Assembly: GCA_035570955.1 (NCBI GenBank)
Contig: DATMKY010000035.1
Coordinates: 16,782 to 80,781, forward strand
Source of the DNA: Edaphobacter sp.
Lineage (GTDB): Bacteria; Acidobacteriota; Terriglobia; Terriglobales; Acidobacteriaceae
Reading direction: 5' to 3'
Length of the DNA: 64,000 nucleotides
Part shown: positions 39,867 to 49,782 of the stretch, one piece after another
Numbering within the stretch: the stretch's first letter is position 1
How the letters are laid out: each line of letters begins with the position of its first letter
Translations under genes and position numbers: made by a program
The notes under the pieces: generated by a model
The model's database searches: none
What the model was told of the DNA's origin: nothing
What the model saw: the letters and a program-made list of their open reading frames with translations, nothing else

Positions 39867-41543
39867 ATGCCGATACCTGTCCCTACTACCATTGCCACTG
39901 GCTTCGCCGACGCTGTAGGCAGCGACTACAGACAACTCACCGATCAGCTCTATGTTGCCGACGCCGGCGCAAACAACATTGTCACGCTGACTGGCCACAC
40001 CCACCTCAAAACCGTCGTCGGCACTGGATATCACAATCCATCAGACATCGAACTCAGCAATGACGGCATTCACGCCTACGTCACCGAGAATCCCGGCACG
40101 CTCCTTCGCCTCAGTCTCACCAACCTCAATCGAGCCGCAGCTACCGTCGTCGCCTCCGGCTTCAACGGCATCGATCAGGTCGCGCTCGACGAGGCCCATG
40201 GCTTCGCCTATATTTGTGAATTCACAGCGAGTCAGATCCAACGAGTCACTCTCGCCAGCGGCATCAAGAAAGTCGTAGCCGGCGTCTTCGCACCTCGCGG
40301 CATCATCGTAACCTCAGACGGCCGGTTCCTCTACGTCAGCAGCGACGCTGGCACCATCACCCGAATCGATCTTTCCAACAATACCAGCATCGTCATCGCC
40401 AGCGGCCTCAACGGTCCCCGCCATCTCACCTTCGCCGACGCCGGCGAAAGCGTCATCCTCTTCCCACAGCCGAACCCAACCGGCACCGTCTTCAAAGTTG
40501 ACCTCACCGCGACTCCAGCCAAGGTAAGTGCCATCGCTGGCCCAACCGCCTTCGCCCCTTACAGCGTGAATGTCCTATCCCCCAACCAGATCCTCATCAC
40601 TGACGCCACTAGTATTCAGGAAGTCGATCTCTCAGCCTCCCTCATCTCCGCCGCGGGCCCCATCCTGCTCGCCATCGGCTTCGTGCCCAACGACTCTGTA
40701 CATCTTCCCGCGGGCTTTGCCGATACGACCATGGACCCAACCTACTTCTTCCAGGTCAAAGACACGCCCTTCGGTGGAACTCTGCCTCTGATGATCAATT
40801 GGCAAAGCGCACGTGCCAAGGGAGCCAACTTCTACCAGGTATTCATCAATGGAGTCATGGTCACATCGCCTTTCTCCGACTATCTCTGGAGCGTCCCTCT
40901 CAACGTCTTCGAACTCCAGACCACGGTCCCGGTCAGTGGCTTCTACCCCTTACGCTCCGCTGGCCAGATCTGGCTCAACAACTGGCTTGGCCTTCTGCTG
41001 GACACTACCGGCCAGCCCAACGCCCTGAATAACATCAGCGTTAGACTCTTTGCCACCCAGTCAGCAGCGACCGAAATTGGGCATGGCACCGATCCCGGAC
41101 GCTTCGCGAATCTCATGATCGACAACACACTTCCCACCGCGATTATCGAGCAGATCTTCCAGCAACCCGGCAACGTTCCGATTAACACGTGCGCCATCGT
41201 CATTACAGGCGCCCCCACCTTCACGTTCGAAGTCACGGCCTCCGCACCGGCACACCTACTCGCCTGGAGCCTCACAGCCTACTGGGGAGACAATCAATCC
41301 AAGGCCGTCGCATCGGACAGCTACGCAAATCACATCACCCCAACCCGTATCTGGGTTGGAATCTCCGCCGTCCAGATTCCCCCTCCGGGCCCAACTCCAT
41401 GGAACGCCACAGTAAGCGGCGATCCCACCTCCACCCACTGTGCTCACACCTTCTTCCTCTACGCATGGGACCGGGTCATCAACGGTTGGGGCTACATCCA
41501 CGGGCCAGCCAGTTATTCGAAATCCATCACCATCATGCTCTAA
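39867..41543 (+). CDS. hypothetical protein: N-terminal YncE/NHL-like beta-propeller plus uncharacterised C-terminal domain
   Basis: ~40-aa repeats (LYVAD, AYVTE, AYICE, LYVSS; NPSDI, APRGI, GPRHL); typical codon usage; no signal peptide. Confidence 0.7.
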   Translation: MPIPVPTTIATGFADAVGSDYRQLTDQLYVADAGANNIVTLTGHTHLKTVVGTGYHNPSDIELSNDGIHAYVTENPGTLLRLSLTNLNRAAATVVASGFNGIDQVALDEAHGFAYICEFTASQIQRVTLASGIKKVVAGVFAPRGIIVTSDGRFLYVSSDAGTITRIDLSNNTSIVIASGLNGPRHLTFADAGESVILFPQPNPTGTVFKVDLTATPAKVSAIAGPTAFAPYSVNVLSPNQILITDATSIQEVDLSASLISAAGPILLAIGFVPNDSVHLPAGFADTTMDPTYFFQVKDTPFGGTLPLMINWQSARAKGANFYQVFINGVMVTSPFSDYLWSVPLNVFELQTTVPVSGFYPLRSAGQIWLNNWLGLLLDTTGQPNALNNISVRLFATQSAATEIGHGTDPGRFANLMIDNTLPTAIIEQIFQQPGNVPINTCAIVITGAPTFTFEVTASAPAHLLAWSLTAYWGDNQSKAVASDSYANHITPTRIWVGISAVQIPPPGPTPWNATVSGDPTSTHCAHTFFLYAWDRVINGWGYIHGPASYSKSITIML

Positions 41544-41567
41544 AAGAAGGGGAGTGGTGGGCGACGA

Positions 41568-41972
41568 CTACCGCCACGCCCCAAGAATGGCCCCCATCAC
41601 CACCAGCGCGACCGTCAGATACCCTCCATTGACGAGCACATAGGTCCACCGTTTCCGCTCGAACAGCGCGACAATCCCAATCCCCATCACAACCCATCCA
41701 AACCCTGCGAGAAAACCGGCCGTCGCACCCCAAGCCAAATTCGTCTTCGGATCGTTCAGGAACATCGCGAGATTCAGCGCCATCACAAGGCTCAGCGCGA
41801 AACTGATCGCAAAAATCTTTGGTCCAGCCGGTGGAGGTTCATCCGCCCCATATCCATTCGCTTTCTTCCAGGCTCGGCCAAACAAAAACGGCGCATACCA
41901 AAGCCCGCCCAGCACAAATGCTGAAAGCGCAGCAACAAGAACTGCCCAAAGATTCAATCCACGAAATCCCAT
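41568..41972 (-). CDS. DUF1761-family membrane protein
   Basis: NLWAVLVAALSAFVLGGLWY...FG..W, LFER, NGGY. Confidence 0.8.
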   Translation of the reverse strand: MGFRGLNLWAVLVAALSAFVLGGLWYAPFLFGRAWKKANGYGADEPPPAGPKIFAISFALSLVMALNLAMFLNDPKTNLAWGATAGFLAGFGWVVMGIGIVALFERKRWTYVLVNGGYLTVALVVMGAILGAWR

Positions 41973-41997
41973 CAGTCCTTCACCTCGCAAAAATTCA

Positions 41998-42531
41998 TTA
42001 CTTCGTCCAATCCATAGGCCCACTCACAAACCGGTGATGCAGTGTTGCCAGCAACTGTGCATTGCCCACCGTCAAATACTCATAAGCCTTCACCCACTCG
42101 TCGCCTTCCTTCCAACCCGTCTGCGTCAGTCTGACCACCGTCGAATCCCCCTTCGTCTCAAAGGAAAACCGCACTCTCGTCCGAGTAGCCCGAACCGTTG
42201 GAAACTTATCCGGAGCCAATGCCGAAATCACCAGCTCCTTCTCCGGAACAAAACTCAAAATCGTTCCTCCACCTGTACTACCGCCGGGAAATTTTGCGGT
42301 CCACTCCCCGCCCTGCCGCAGATCCACCACAGCATTTGGCGTCAGCCAGGTGGTCAATCCGTCACTGGTGGTGAACGCTCTCCAGACCTCGCCAATCGGC
42401 GCAGGAATCGTAACCTCGATCAATAAAACCTTCTCCACAAGGGCTTGGCTTGACCTCTCCGCACTCTGTCCAAAACTCGCGGCACCGGCAAAGCCCACGA
42501 TCAGGCAACCTGCCAGAATCAGCTTTATCAT
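41998..42531 (-). CDS. exported SRPBCC/AHSA1-domain protein
   Basis: Signal peptide, IPAPIGEVWRAFTT, VDLRQGG, TVVRLTQTGW. Confidence 0.8.
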   Translation of the reverse strand: MIKLILAGCLIVGFAGAASFGQSAERSSQALVEKVLLIEVTIPAPIGEVWRAFTTSDGLTTWLTPNAVVDLRQGGEWTAKFPGGSTGGGTILSFVPEKELVISALAPDKFPTVRATRTRVRFSFETKGDSTVVRLTQTGWKEGDEWVKAYEYLTVGNAQLLATLHHRFVSGPMDWTK

Positions 42532-42603
42532 CTTTGAAACCTCCTCTTGGTTGGTCGTTCAAGTAAATCCTTGTAGACTATTCCTGTCAAGAGAATTCTT
42601 CGC

Positions 42604-43236
42604 ATGCCTGAAATTGTCCCCACTCGCGACCGCCTCATCAACTCGGCACGCCACCTCTTCTGGGAGCATGGCTACGCAGGAACCAGCATGGCTGACCTTC
42701 TCGCTCACGCTGACGTGAACTCAGGCAGCTTCTATCACTTCTTCGAAAGCAAAGAAGCCCTGCTTCGCGAAGTCCTCGATGGCTACCTCCACGCCCTGCG
42801 TCCGATGGTCGTTGATCCTGCCTTCGCCACTACCGACGAACCTGTAGAACGTATCTTCGCCATCCTCGCTGGCTATCGCGGCCGCATCCTCCAGACAGAA
42901 TGCCGCTACGGTTGCCCCCTCGGCCGCCTCGCCCTCGAGATCGACCCCGAAAACCGCCCCGCCCACAAACTCATAGCCGAAAACTTTCAAGGTTGGATCA
43001 CCGCAGTTCGAGAATGCATCGACCAGATCAAGCAACGCCTCCCCGAAGGAACTGACTCCGAAGCTCTGGCCACCTATGTTCTCGCTGTCATGGAGGGCGG
43101 CGTCATGATCTCCCGCTCGTACGGCTCAGTCGACCCTTTCGACCGCGCGGTAAAACAACTTCGCCAGCATTTTGCGCTGCTGCTTGCGCAACAATCTGCA
43201 ACTACAAAACCGCGACGTACTAAACCGAAGAGTTAA
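42604..43236 (+). CDS. TetR/AcrR-family regulator (NemR-like)
   Basis: GYAGTSMADL, GSFYHFFESKEAL, GCPLGRLALE. Confidence 0.9.
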   Translation: MPEIVPTRDRLINSARHLFWEHGYAGTSMADLLAHADVNSGSFYHFFESKEALLREVLDGYLHALRPMVVDPAFATTDEPVERIFAILAGYRGRILQTECRYGCPLGRLALEIDPENRPAHKLIAENFQGWITAVRECIDQIKQRLPEGTDSEALATYVLAVMEGGVMISRSYGSVDPFDRAVKQLRQHFALLLAQQSATTKPRRTKPKS

Positions 43237-43323
43237 CCCGGCTCGACTTTCTCAGTTCACAACTTCTAGACACAGAATATGGGGGCCGGACAAGCTCTAG
43301 TAGACTGTGCCAAGGGAATCGAC

Positions 43324-44721
43324 ATGGAACCAGTCCTCATCCAGCAATTCTTTCTCGGCTGCCTCGCCCACGCTTCCTACATCGTTGCGAGCAAGGGCAT
43401 CGCTGCCGTTATCGACCCGCAGCGCGACGTCGACCTCTACCTCGACTTCGCCCGCGAAAACAATCTCCGCATCGAGCACATCATCGAGACGCATCTCCAT
43501 GCCGACTTCGTCTCTGGCCACCACGAACTCGCGCAGCGCAGTGGCGCCCACATCTACCTCGGCGAAGACGCCCATGCTACCTTCCCTCACATCGCAATCA
43601 AAGACGGTGATACTCTCCAGTTCGGCAACGCCCACTTCGATTTTCTCCACACTCCGGGCCACACCATCGAAGGCGTATGCGCGGTCCTTACCGATCTCGC
43701 GGGACCTTCACAACCACGAGCCGTCTTCACCGGGGACACGCTGTTCGTAGGCGACGTAGGTCGCCCTGATCTCTCCGCCGACCACACACCACAACAACTC
43801 GCCGCGCTCCTCTATCGAAGCCTTCACGAAAAGCTCCTCAAGCTGCCGGATGACACTGAGATCTTTCCTGCCCATGGCGCCGGCTCCCTCTGCGGCCGCC
43901 AGATGAGCAACGAGCGCTCCTCCACCATCGGCCAGCAACGCCGCAGCAACTACGCACTCCTCGCCCGCAACGAAGACGAGTTCATCCATCTTCTGACAGA
44001 CAGTCTTCCGCCGCGCCCTGAATACTTCGGCCGCGATGTCGAACTCAATCGCCACGGCGCATCGTCCATTGACGAGCTCCCTGCCCCCAAGCCGCTCCCA
44101 GCTGCCGAGGTCAAGCGCCGTCATTCCGAAGGTACCATTCTCCTCGATACCCGCTCTTCGGCGGACTTCGCCGCCGCCTATATCCCCGGCTCCTTCCACA
44201 TTGCTCTTTCTGGCCAGTACGCCTCATGGGCCGCACGCATCCTCGGCCTCGATCGCCATATCATCCTCATCGGCGAAGATACCGACCAGCTTCGCGAATC
44301 TCAGCTTCGCCTCGCTCGCGTCGGCATCGAACACGTCGACGCCTATCTCGAAGGCGGAATCACCGGCTGGCATAAAGCCGGCTACGAGTTCGACTACGTC
44401 CCGCAAATCTCCGTCCAGGAACTGGCAGACCTCGAAGAGAAAGAGCCGGACAGCCTCACCATCCTCGACGTTCGCGAGCCCGGCGAAGTCGAAACCGGTG
44501 CCTTCGCGAACTCCATCCGCATTCCGTTAGGTCAACTCACAAAACACGCCGCGGAACTCGACCCCTCAAAGCTTCTAGTCGTCCACTGCAAAGGTGGCTA
44601 CCGTAGCGCCATCGCCTCCAGCATCCTTCGTCGAGCGGGCATCCACGACATTGCCAACCTCACCGGCGGCTATGATGCATGGAAGGCCGCTCAACTCCAG
44701 AAGGCTGAAGCTATCCTCTAA
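43324..44721 (+). CDS. MBL-fold persulfide-dioxygenase-like protein fused to two rhodanese domains (CstB/Blh-like)
   Basis: ETHLHADF, TPGHT, GDTLFVGDVGRPDL, PAHGAGSLCG; C-terminal rhodanese HCKGGYRS. Confidence 0.85.
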   Translation: MEPVLIQQFFLGCLAHASYIVASKGIAAVIDPQRDVDLYLDFARENNLRIEHIIETHLHADFVSGHHELAQRSGAHIYLGEDAHATFPHIAIKDGDTLQFGNAHFDFLHTPGHTIEGVCAVLTDLAGPSQPRAVFTGDTLFVGDVGRPDLSADHTPQQLAALLYRSLHEKLLKLPDDTEIFPAHGAGSLCGRQMSNERSSTIGQQRRSNYALLARNEDEFIHLLTDSLPPRPEYFGRDVELNRHGASSIDELPAPKPLPAAEVKRRHSEGTILLDTRSSADFAAAYIPGSFHIALSGQYASWAARILGLDRHIILIGEDTDQLRESQLRLARVGIEHVDAYLEGGITGWHKAGYEFDYVPQISVQELADLEEKEPDSLTILDVREPGEVETGAFANSIRIPLGQLTKHAAELDPSKLLVVHCKGGYRSAIASSILRRAGIHDIANLTGGYDAWKAAQLQKAEAIL

Positions 44722-44737
44722 ACGTCACAGGAAAACA

Positions 44738-45820
44738 ATGCGGCGATTCGTCAAACTGTTCCTAGCAGCCGCCGCAATTCCCGCAGCGTGCCTAATCTAC
44801 CAGCGGGCAAGTGTCCTAAGAGACCGAAGACGCTTCCTCGCCCCAGGTTCCCTCATCCCGATCGGCCCAGACCGCTCCATGTTCCTCTCGCAAAAAGGAA
44901 CGCGTGGCCCAACTGTAATTTTCGAGTCGGGCATCTCGGCCACCAGCCTCAACTGGACCGACCTTCAACGAGTTGCCAGCATGTTCTCCCGCGCCATCAC
45001 CTACGATCGCGCTGGCCTCGGTTGGAGCAGCCCCTGTACCTCCGAACGCACGCCTTCTAACATCGTCCGCGAACTCCGGCTTCTCCTCGCTTACGCCGAA
45101 ATCCCACCGCCCTACATCCTCGTCGGCCATTCCTTCGGTGGTATCGTCGCCCGTCGCTTCGCCATCGACTATCCCGGCGAAGTCACAGGACTCGTTCTCG
45201 TCGACCCGATGCGTCCGGAAGACTGGCAGGCTCGAGTCGATCAGGAAGCCGGGGAGAATCCGTCGGATCATAGCCAACTCACACGCGACGAACTCACGCA
45301 GGGCTTACGTCTCGCAAAGATCGGCCTTCCCTGCGCTCACTTTGGCTTGGCACGTCTTGCAATCACTTCGCTCCTCTGCGGCTCAGGCAAGGCAGCACGC
45401 GCCATCAGCCACGTCAGCGGTCCGGACGGTCAGCGCGTCTTCGAACGGCTCTTTACGGAGGTCGGCAAAATGCCACGTGAGACCCACGCCATCGTCGCAG
45501 CCCACTGGTCAAATCCGGACTTCTACCGCGGAATGGACGCCCATCTCAGAGCCATTCCCGCGACCGTCCAGGAAATGAGCAATGCCGAACCCATCGAAAA
45601 CATCCCTGTCATCCTTCTCACCGCCGCGACCACCGAACCCTTATCGCGCGAAGCCCTCGACCGCATTAGCCCCACGGCTGAACAGATCATCGCCGGAAAA
45701 AGCACCCACTGGGTCCACCTCGACGAACCAGACTTGGTTCTTCACGCCATCCACTCTGTAATCGAGCGAGCCTACTCACCCAATCGAAGCCTCAGAAACG
45801 AGACGGTAACCGCCAGCTAA
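44738..45820 (+). CDS. alpha/beta fold hydrolase
   Basis: N-terminal hydrophobic segment, YDRAGLGWS, GHSFGG, STHWVH. Confidence 0.8.
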   Translation: MRRFVKLFLAAAAIPAACLIYQRASVLRDRRRFLAPGSLIPIGPDRSMFLSQKGTRGPTVIFESGISATSLNWTDLQRVASMFSRAITYDRAGLGWSSPCTSERTPSNIVRELRLLLAYAEIPPPYILVGHSFGGIVARRFAIDYPGEVTGLVLVDPMRPEDWQARVDQEAGENPSDHSQLTRDELTQGLRLAKIGLPCAHFGLARLAITSLLCGSGKAARAISHVSGPDGQRVFERLFTEVGKMPRETHAIVAAHWSNPDFYRGMDAHLRAIPATVQEMSNAEPIENIPVILLTAATTEPLSREALDRISPTAEQIIAGKSTHWVHLDEPDLVLHAIHSVIERAYSPNRSLRNETVTAS

Positions 45821-45968
45821 GAATTCGGGAAAAAGATTCGTTCACCCCTTCTGCATGAATGGCGTCCGATGGACGCATGTGTACGATTGCTATGTCACAC
45901 TACGAACTGAAATTCAATCTAGATAATGACGTCGCTGAAGACAATCTATTGGGAGGAGACCCATCCGG

Positions 45969-47093
45969 ATGGCTCTGATAAGGGGCAAAAAAAACAGAGA
46001 CGATCATCAGAGGCGTCTCCTCTTCGAAGAGAATCGTGCAACAGGGCTACTCAACCTCATCGTCGTACTTGCCATTGCCGTCGTGGCATACACCGACTGG
46101 ATCGTCGTCGAAGATGAATCCCTCGGTTATCTTTACCTCTTGCCGATCGCGCTTAGCGCCTTGGTCAATCGCCCTTCAATTACTCTCGCACTAGTGGGAC
46201 TCTGCGCTTTTCTGCAGGAAGTCTTCGGACCACCGACGGATCCTGTCCGCCTTCGAATCATACGCACCGTGATCAGCTTGATTGGATATCTGATCGTGGC
46301 CTTTCTCGTCATGCTGATCGCGAAACAACGAGGCCGCCTCGCAGCGGAGATTCGACAACAACGCGATGACTATGAAAAAGACCTTCTGACCGCCTCACAG
46401 GTGCAGCGTCAGGTTCTGCCAAAACCACCCATAGTTCCAGGGCTCGATCTTGCCGCGGCAATGCAGACTGCTCGACTCCTCGGCGGGGACTACTACGACT
46501 TTTTTCCGGTCTCTGACAATGTAGTCGACATCGTGATCGCCGACGTCTCCGGCAAAGGAGCAGCGGCCTCTCTTCTGATGCCCTCTCTTGCCGTCGCTCT
46601 TCGGCTTCGCGCACGCGAGTTGGAAGGCCCGGCTGCCATCATCAAAGATCTAGATGGCGTTCTGCAGCAGATCACAACACCGGCAACCTTTATCACAATG
46701 TTTTACGCACGTTTTGACTCGGCGCGGCGAACCCTGCAATATGCCTGCGGCGGCCACAATCCACCTTTGCTCCTGCGGACAGAAACAAACGAAAGCCTGC
46801 TACTGGATCAATCCGGCCCAATCGTCGGAATTCTTCCTGACGCACAATTTTCCGATACCGTCGTTCCTCTCCGATCAGGCGATATTCTCACGCTTTTCAC
46901 CGATGGTGTAACGGAACAGGAAAATGAGAACGAAGAACAATTTTCCATCGACCGACTCAAAGATCTGATCCTCAGCAAAGAGACAGAACCGGCGGCCGCG
47001 ATCGTAACTGACGTTACAGACGCTGTCTTCGCCTTCGCAGGCAATAAAGAACAGGAAGACGACTTGACAGTCGTTGTGGCAAAAGTCCTTTAG
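45969..47093 (+). CDS. membrane-bound PP2C/SpoIIE (RsbU-like) phosphatase
   Basis: Three to four TM helices, then GGDYYD, ADVSGKG, FTDGVTE, DDLT. Confidence 0.88.
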   Translation: MALIRGKKNRDDHQRRLLFEENRATGLLNLIVVLAIAVVAYTDWIVVEDESLGYLYLLPIALSALVNRPSITLALVGLCAFLQEVFGPPTDPVRLRIIRTVISLIGYLIVAFLVMLIAKQRGRLAAEIRQQRDDYEKDLLTASQVQRQVLPKPPIVPGLDLAAAMQTARLLGGDYYDFFPVSDNVVDIVIADVSGKGAAASLLMPSLAVALRLRARELEGPAAIIKDLDGVLQQITTPATFITMFYARFDSARRTLQYACGGHNPPLLLRTETNESLLLDQSGPIVGILPDAQFSDTVVPLRSGDILTLFTDGVTEQENENEEQFSIDRLKDLILSKETEPAAAIVTDVTDAVFAFAGNKEQEDDLTVVVAKVL

Positions 47094-47137
47094 CCCACGC
47101 CGAAACACGCCACCGAGGCATATCATGAGGATGAAGA

Positions 47138-48028
47138 ATGTCAGACCTTTATAGCCGCGCCAAATCAGCAGTTGACTATCTTTACGCCGCAACAGAACTG
47201 CGCCCCACCCTCGGCATCATCCTCGGCTCCGGACTAGGTAACTTTGCCTCTCAGGTCGACAATGCCCTTCGCATCCGCTACGCCGAAATTCCCTACTTCC
47301 CCACCTCCACCGTTCAAGGTCACTCAGGACACCTCGTCTTTGGCACCATCGGCGGTATCCCAGTGGCGGTCATGCAGGGTCGAGTCCACGCCTACGAGGG
47401 CTATCCTCTCTCCGAAGTTACTTTTCCCACTCGCGTCCTTGGCCTCCTGGGCTGTGGCACACTTATCGTCACCAACGCTGCCGGCGGAATCAACACGAGC
47501 TATCGACAAGGCTCGCTCATTGCCATCTCCGACCACATCAACCTCACCGGCTCCAACGCCGCACTCGGCCCCAACGAGCCCCGCTTCGCCGTTGTCCCTG
47601 GCACAGGTCAGCGTTTCTTCGACATGTCTGCTGCCTATTCCCCGCGCCTCCGCGAACTCGCGACGGAAGAAGCCTCGCGTCAAGGCTTTCAACTCGACGA
47701 AGGAGTCTATCTGGCCGTCCTCGGTCCCAGCTTCGAAACCCCGGCCGAAATCCGCGCCTTTCGTACCCTTGGCGCCGATCTCGTCGGCATGTCCACCGTT
47801 CACGAGACGATCGTCGCACGCCATATGGGTCTCGAAGTCCTTGGCATCTCGCTCGTCACCAACATGGCCGCCGGAGTAGTCGCCGAAGGACAAAAAGAAG
47901 CCGAAACTATCCATCATGAAGATGTAATGGAAGTAGGTCGCCACGCAGAAAAACAGTTCACCAGCCTGCTCCTCGCTCTCGTCCCCAAAATCTCAAAACT
48001 AAATGGAAAATCGAGCAGCAAAGATTAG
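47138..48028 (+). CDS. punA: purine-nucleoside phosphorylase (trimeric type)
   Basis: LGSGLG, QGRVHAYEG, TNAAGG, GPSFETPAE, GMSTVHE. Confidence 0.92.
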   Translation: MSDLYSRAKSAVDYLYAATELRPTLGIILGSGLGNFASQVDNALRIRYAEIPYFPTSTVQGHSGHLVFGTIGGIPVAVMQGRVHAYEGYPLSEVTFPTRVLGLLGCGTLIVTNAAGGINTSYRQGSLIAISDHINLTGSNAALGPNEPRFAVVPGTGQRFFDMSAAYSPRLRELATEEASRQGFQLDEGVYLAVLGPSFETPAEIRAFRTLGADLVGMSTVHETIVARHMGLEVLGISLVTNMAAGVVAEGQKEAETIHHEDVMEVGRHAEKQFTSLLLALVPKISKLNGKSSSKD

Positions 48029-48840
48029 GAAGCTCCCACGAGTTGCGTTTTATCTTCTTCAACGGAATTCTCCGCTTGTGTCCCGCCAAGGTCCGCATAC
48101 ATCATCGCAACTCGCTGCTGCGCAGTCTCAGACAACACAAACCGGTCCACACGCTCCAGAACCTCATCGCCAAATCGCACCTTCACCGAAACCCCACGCA
48201 GCCCAAGCAGCCTAAACACATGCGAGGTGAACCCCATCTCGCCCCACCAACAAATATCTTCCCCAACCGAAGCGCCGCGATTCGCTGCATCCTCTTTTAA
48301 CGAATACCGCAGCGCAGCCGTTCGAAGTGGAACCCAGTTGTTCAGCACCGAATGGAATAATCCCCGCCGAAACGGCAGCACACCAGCCCCATCCGTCGTC
48401 GTTCCTTCAGGAAAGAACAGTACCGGCAACCCGCTGTGATAAGCCTCAGCCATCGCCGCATTCACTGAAGGCCAACTCTTCGGACCGCCACCACGTTTGA
48501 CATACACCGTTCCCGCCCGCGAAGTAATCCACCCCAGCAACGGCCAGCCTCGCACTTCGGTCTTCGCCACCATCACAAACGGTCGCACGGAGCTGTATAG
48601 GAGAATATCCAGATAACTCAAATGATTCGATATCACCGCTCCGCCGCGCGGAATCCATCCTTCCACCTCACACTGGAATCCCAGCACCCTCACAATCCGC
48701 CGGCACCACCGGTGAATCCACACCGCACCCTCGGCCCCTAGCTTCGGTCTGCGCACCCACCACTCCACTCCAGCAGCTAGCAACATCCCCACAAACAGCG
48801 TACTAAGCCACACGGATCGTACCCACCCCAACACACGCAC
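48025..48840 (-). CDS. PlsC/OlsA-like acyltransferase
   Basis: NHLSYLD (HxxxxD), FFPEGTT. Confidence 0.85.
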   Translation of the reverse strand: MRVLGWVRSVWLSTLFVGMLLAAGVEWWVRRPKLGAEGAVWIHRWCRRIVRVLGFQCEVEGWIPRGGAVISNHLSYLDILLYSSVRPFVMVAKTEVRGWPLLGWITSRAGTVYVKRGGGPKSWPSVNAAMAEAYHSGLPVLFFPEGTTTDGAGVLPFRRGLFHSVLNNWVPLRTAALRYSLKEDAANRGASVGEDICWWGEMGFTSHVFRLLGLRGVSVKVRFGDEVLERVDRFVLSETAQQRVAMMYADLGGTQAENSVEEDKTQLVGAS

Positions 48841-48842
48841 CT

Positions 48843-49652
48843 CTATCCCTCCAAAAATCTCTTGGCTACCCGAGGATGCAAACTCTGCAAGTCAAGCAAA
48901 GTAAGAAAATCAATTGTTTTGAACAAGCGATCGATCGCAGGCCCGCTACAGATCTTCGCGCCAATCGTTAGATAAGCCCGCAGTAGCTTAGGAGCCTGAA
49001 CATTCGGCATCGTTACGGTGGCGCCAGGCAACGCATACTGCTTCGTCGCAACCGTCCGTAGCTCTGGCGTAACCATGAATCCTTGCAATGTCTCATAAAC
49101 CGCGCGGCCCATCTCAGGATCCTGCGAGGTTAGCGAACAACATCCCATCATGTACCGCGCACCGTTCACCAGCGCATAGCGCGCAATCCCGCGCCATAGC
49201 AGATGCAACACATCCGACGACCGGTAATCCCGATGAATGCATGCTCGTCCCAACTCCACAATTTGGCTGCGCATCAACTCATACGGGGTAAAACAAAACT
49301 CCTGCTCGCTGTAATAGCCGAAGTACTGCCCCGCCACATTCCCCATCTGCATCCGGTACGTGCCCACCACCGCATTCGTTCGCCGATCCTCCACGATCAG
49401 GTGGTCACAAACATCATCGAAATGGTCGCGATCGTACCCATCCGCGTAGGCTGAATCCAATCCTTCATTCATCTCCAGGTTGAACACCAGAAAACGCAAC
49501 CGATACGCCGCCATGCGCTCCTCTTCCGTCAAAGCCAGTCGTGCAACAAGATCTCCGGCCTCCAGTCGAATATCCCGTTTCGACGGTAACTGCGGAGCAG
49601 CGGCCCGGTTAGGAAGCAGAATCACAGATGGCAATTCACTGACTGGAATCAT
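48843..49652 (-). CDS. olsB: OlsB-like GNAT N-acyl amino acid synthase
   Basis: RLRFLVF, DRDHFDDVCDHL, VGTYRM, YYSEQEF, ELGRACIHRDYR, PKLLRAYL, DRLFKTID. Confidence 0.78.
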   Translation of the reverse strand: MIPVSELPSVILLPNRAAAPQLPSKRDIRLEAGDLVARLALTEEERMAAYRLRFLVFNLEMNEGLDSAYADGYDRDHFDDVCDHLIVEDRRTNAVVGTYRMQMGNVAGQYFGYYSEQEFCFTPYELMRSQIVELGRACIHRDYRSSDVLHLLWRGIARYALVNGARYMMGCCSLTSQDPEMGRAVYETLQGFMVTPELRTVATKQYALPGATVTMPNVQAPKLLRAYLTIGAKICSGPAIDRLFKTIDFLTLLDLQSLHPRVAKRFLEG

Positions 49653-49782
49653 CGACCCTCCCTCCCCCAACCGAATTCTTCTTCGATTGCTGGGCTTTCG
49701 ATGTCAGTCTGCGTTGTCTTCTGTTACACAATGTTCATGGCAAATGAACATTTGTTGAATCAGAAATGGTGCACTCCTTGAG

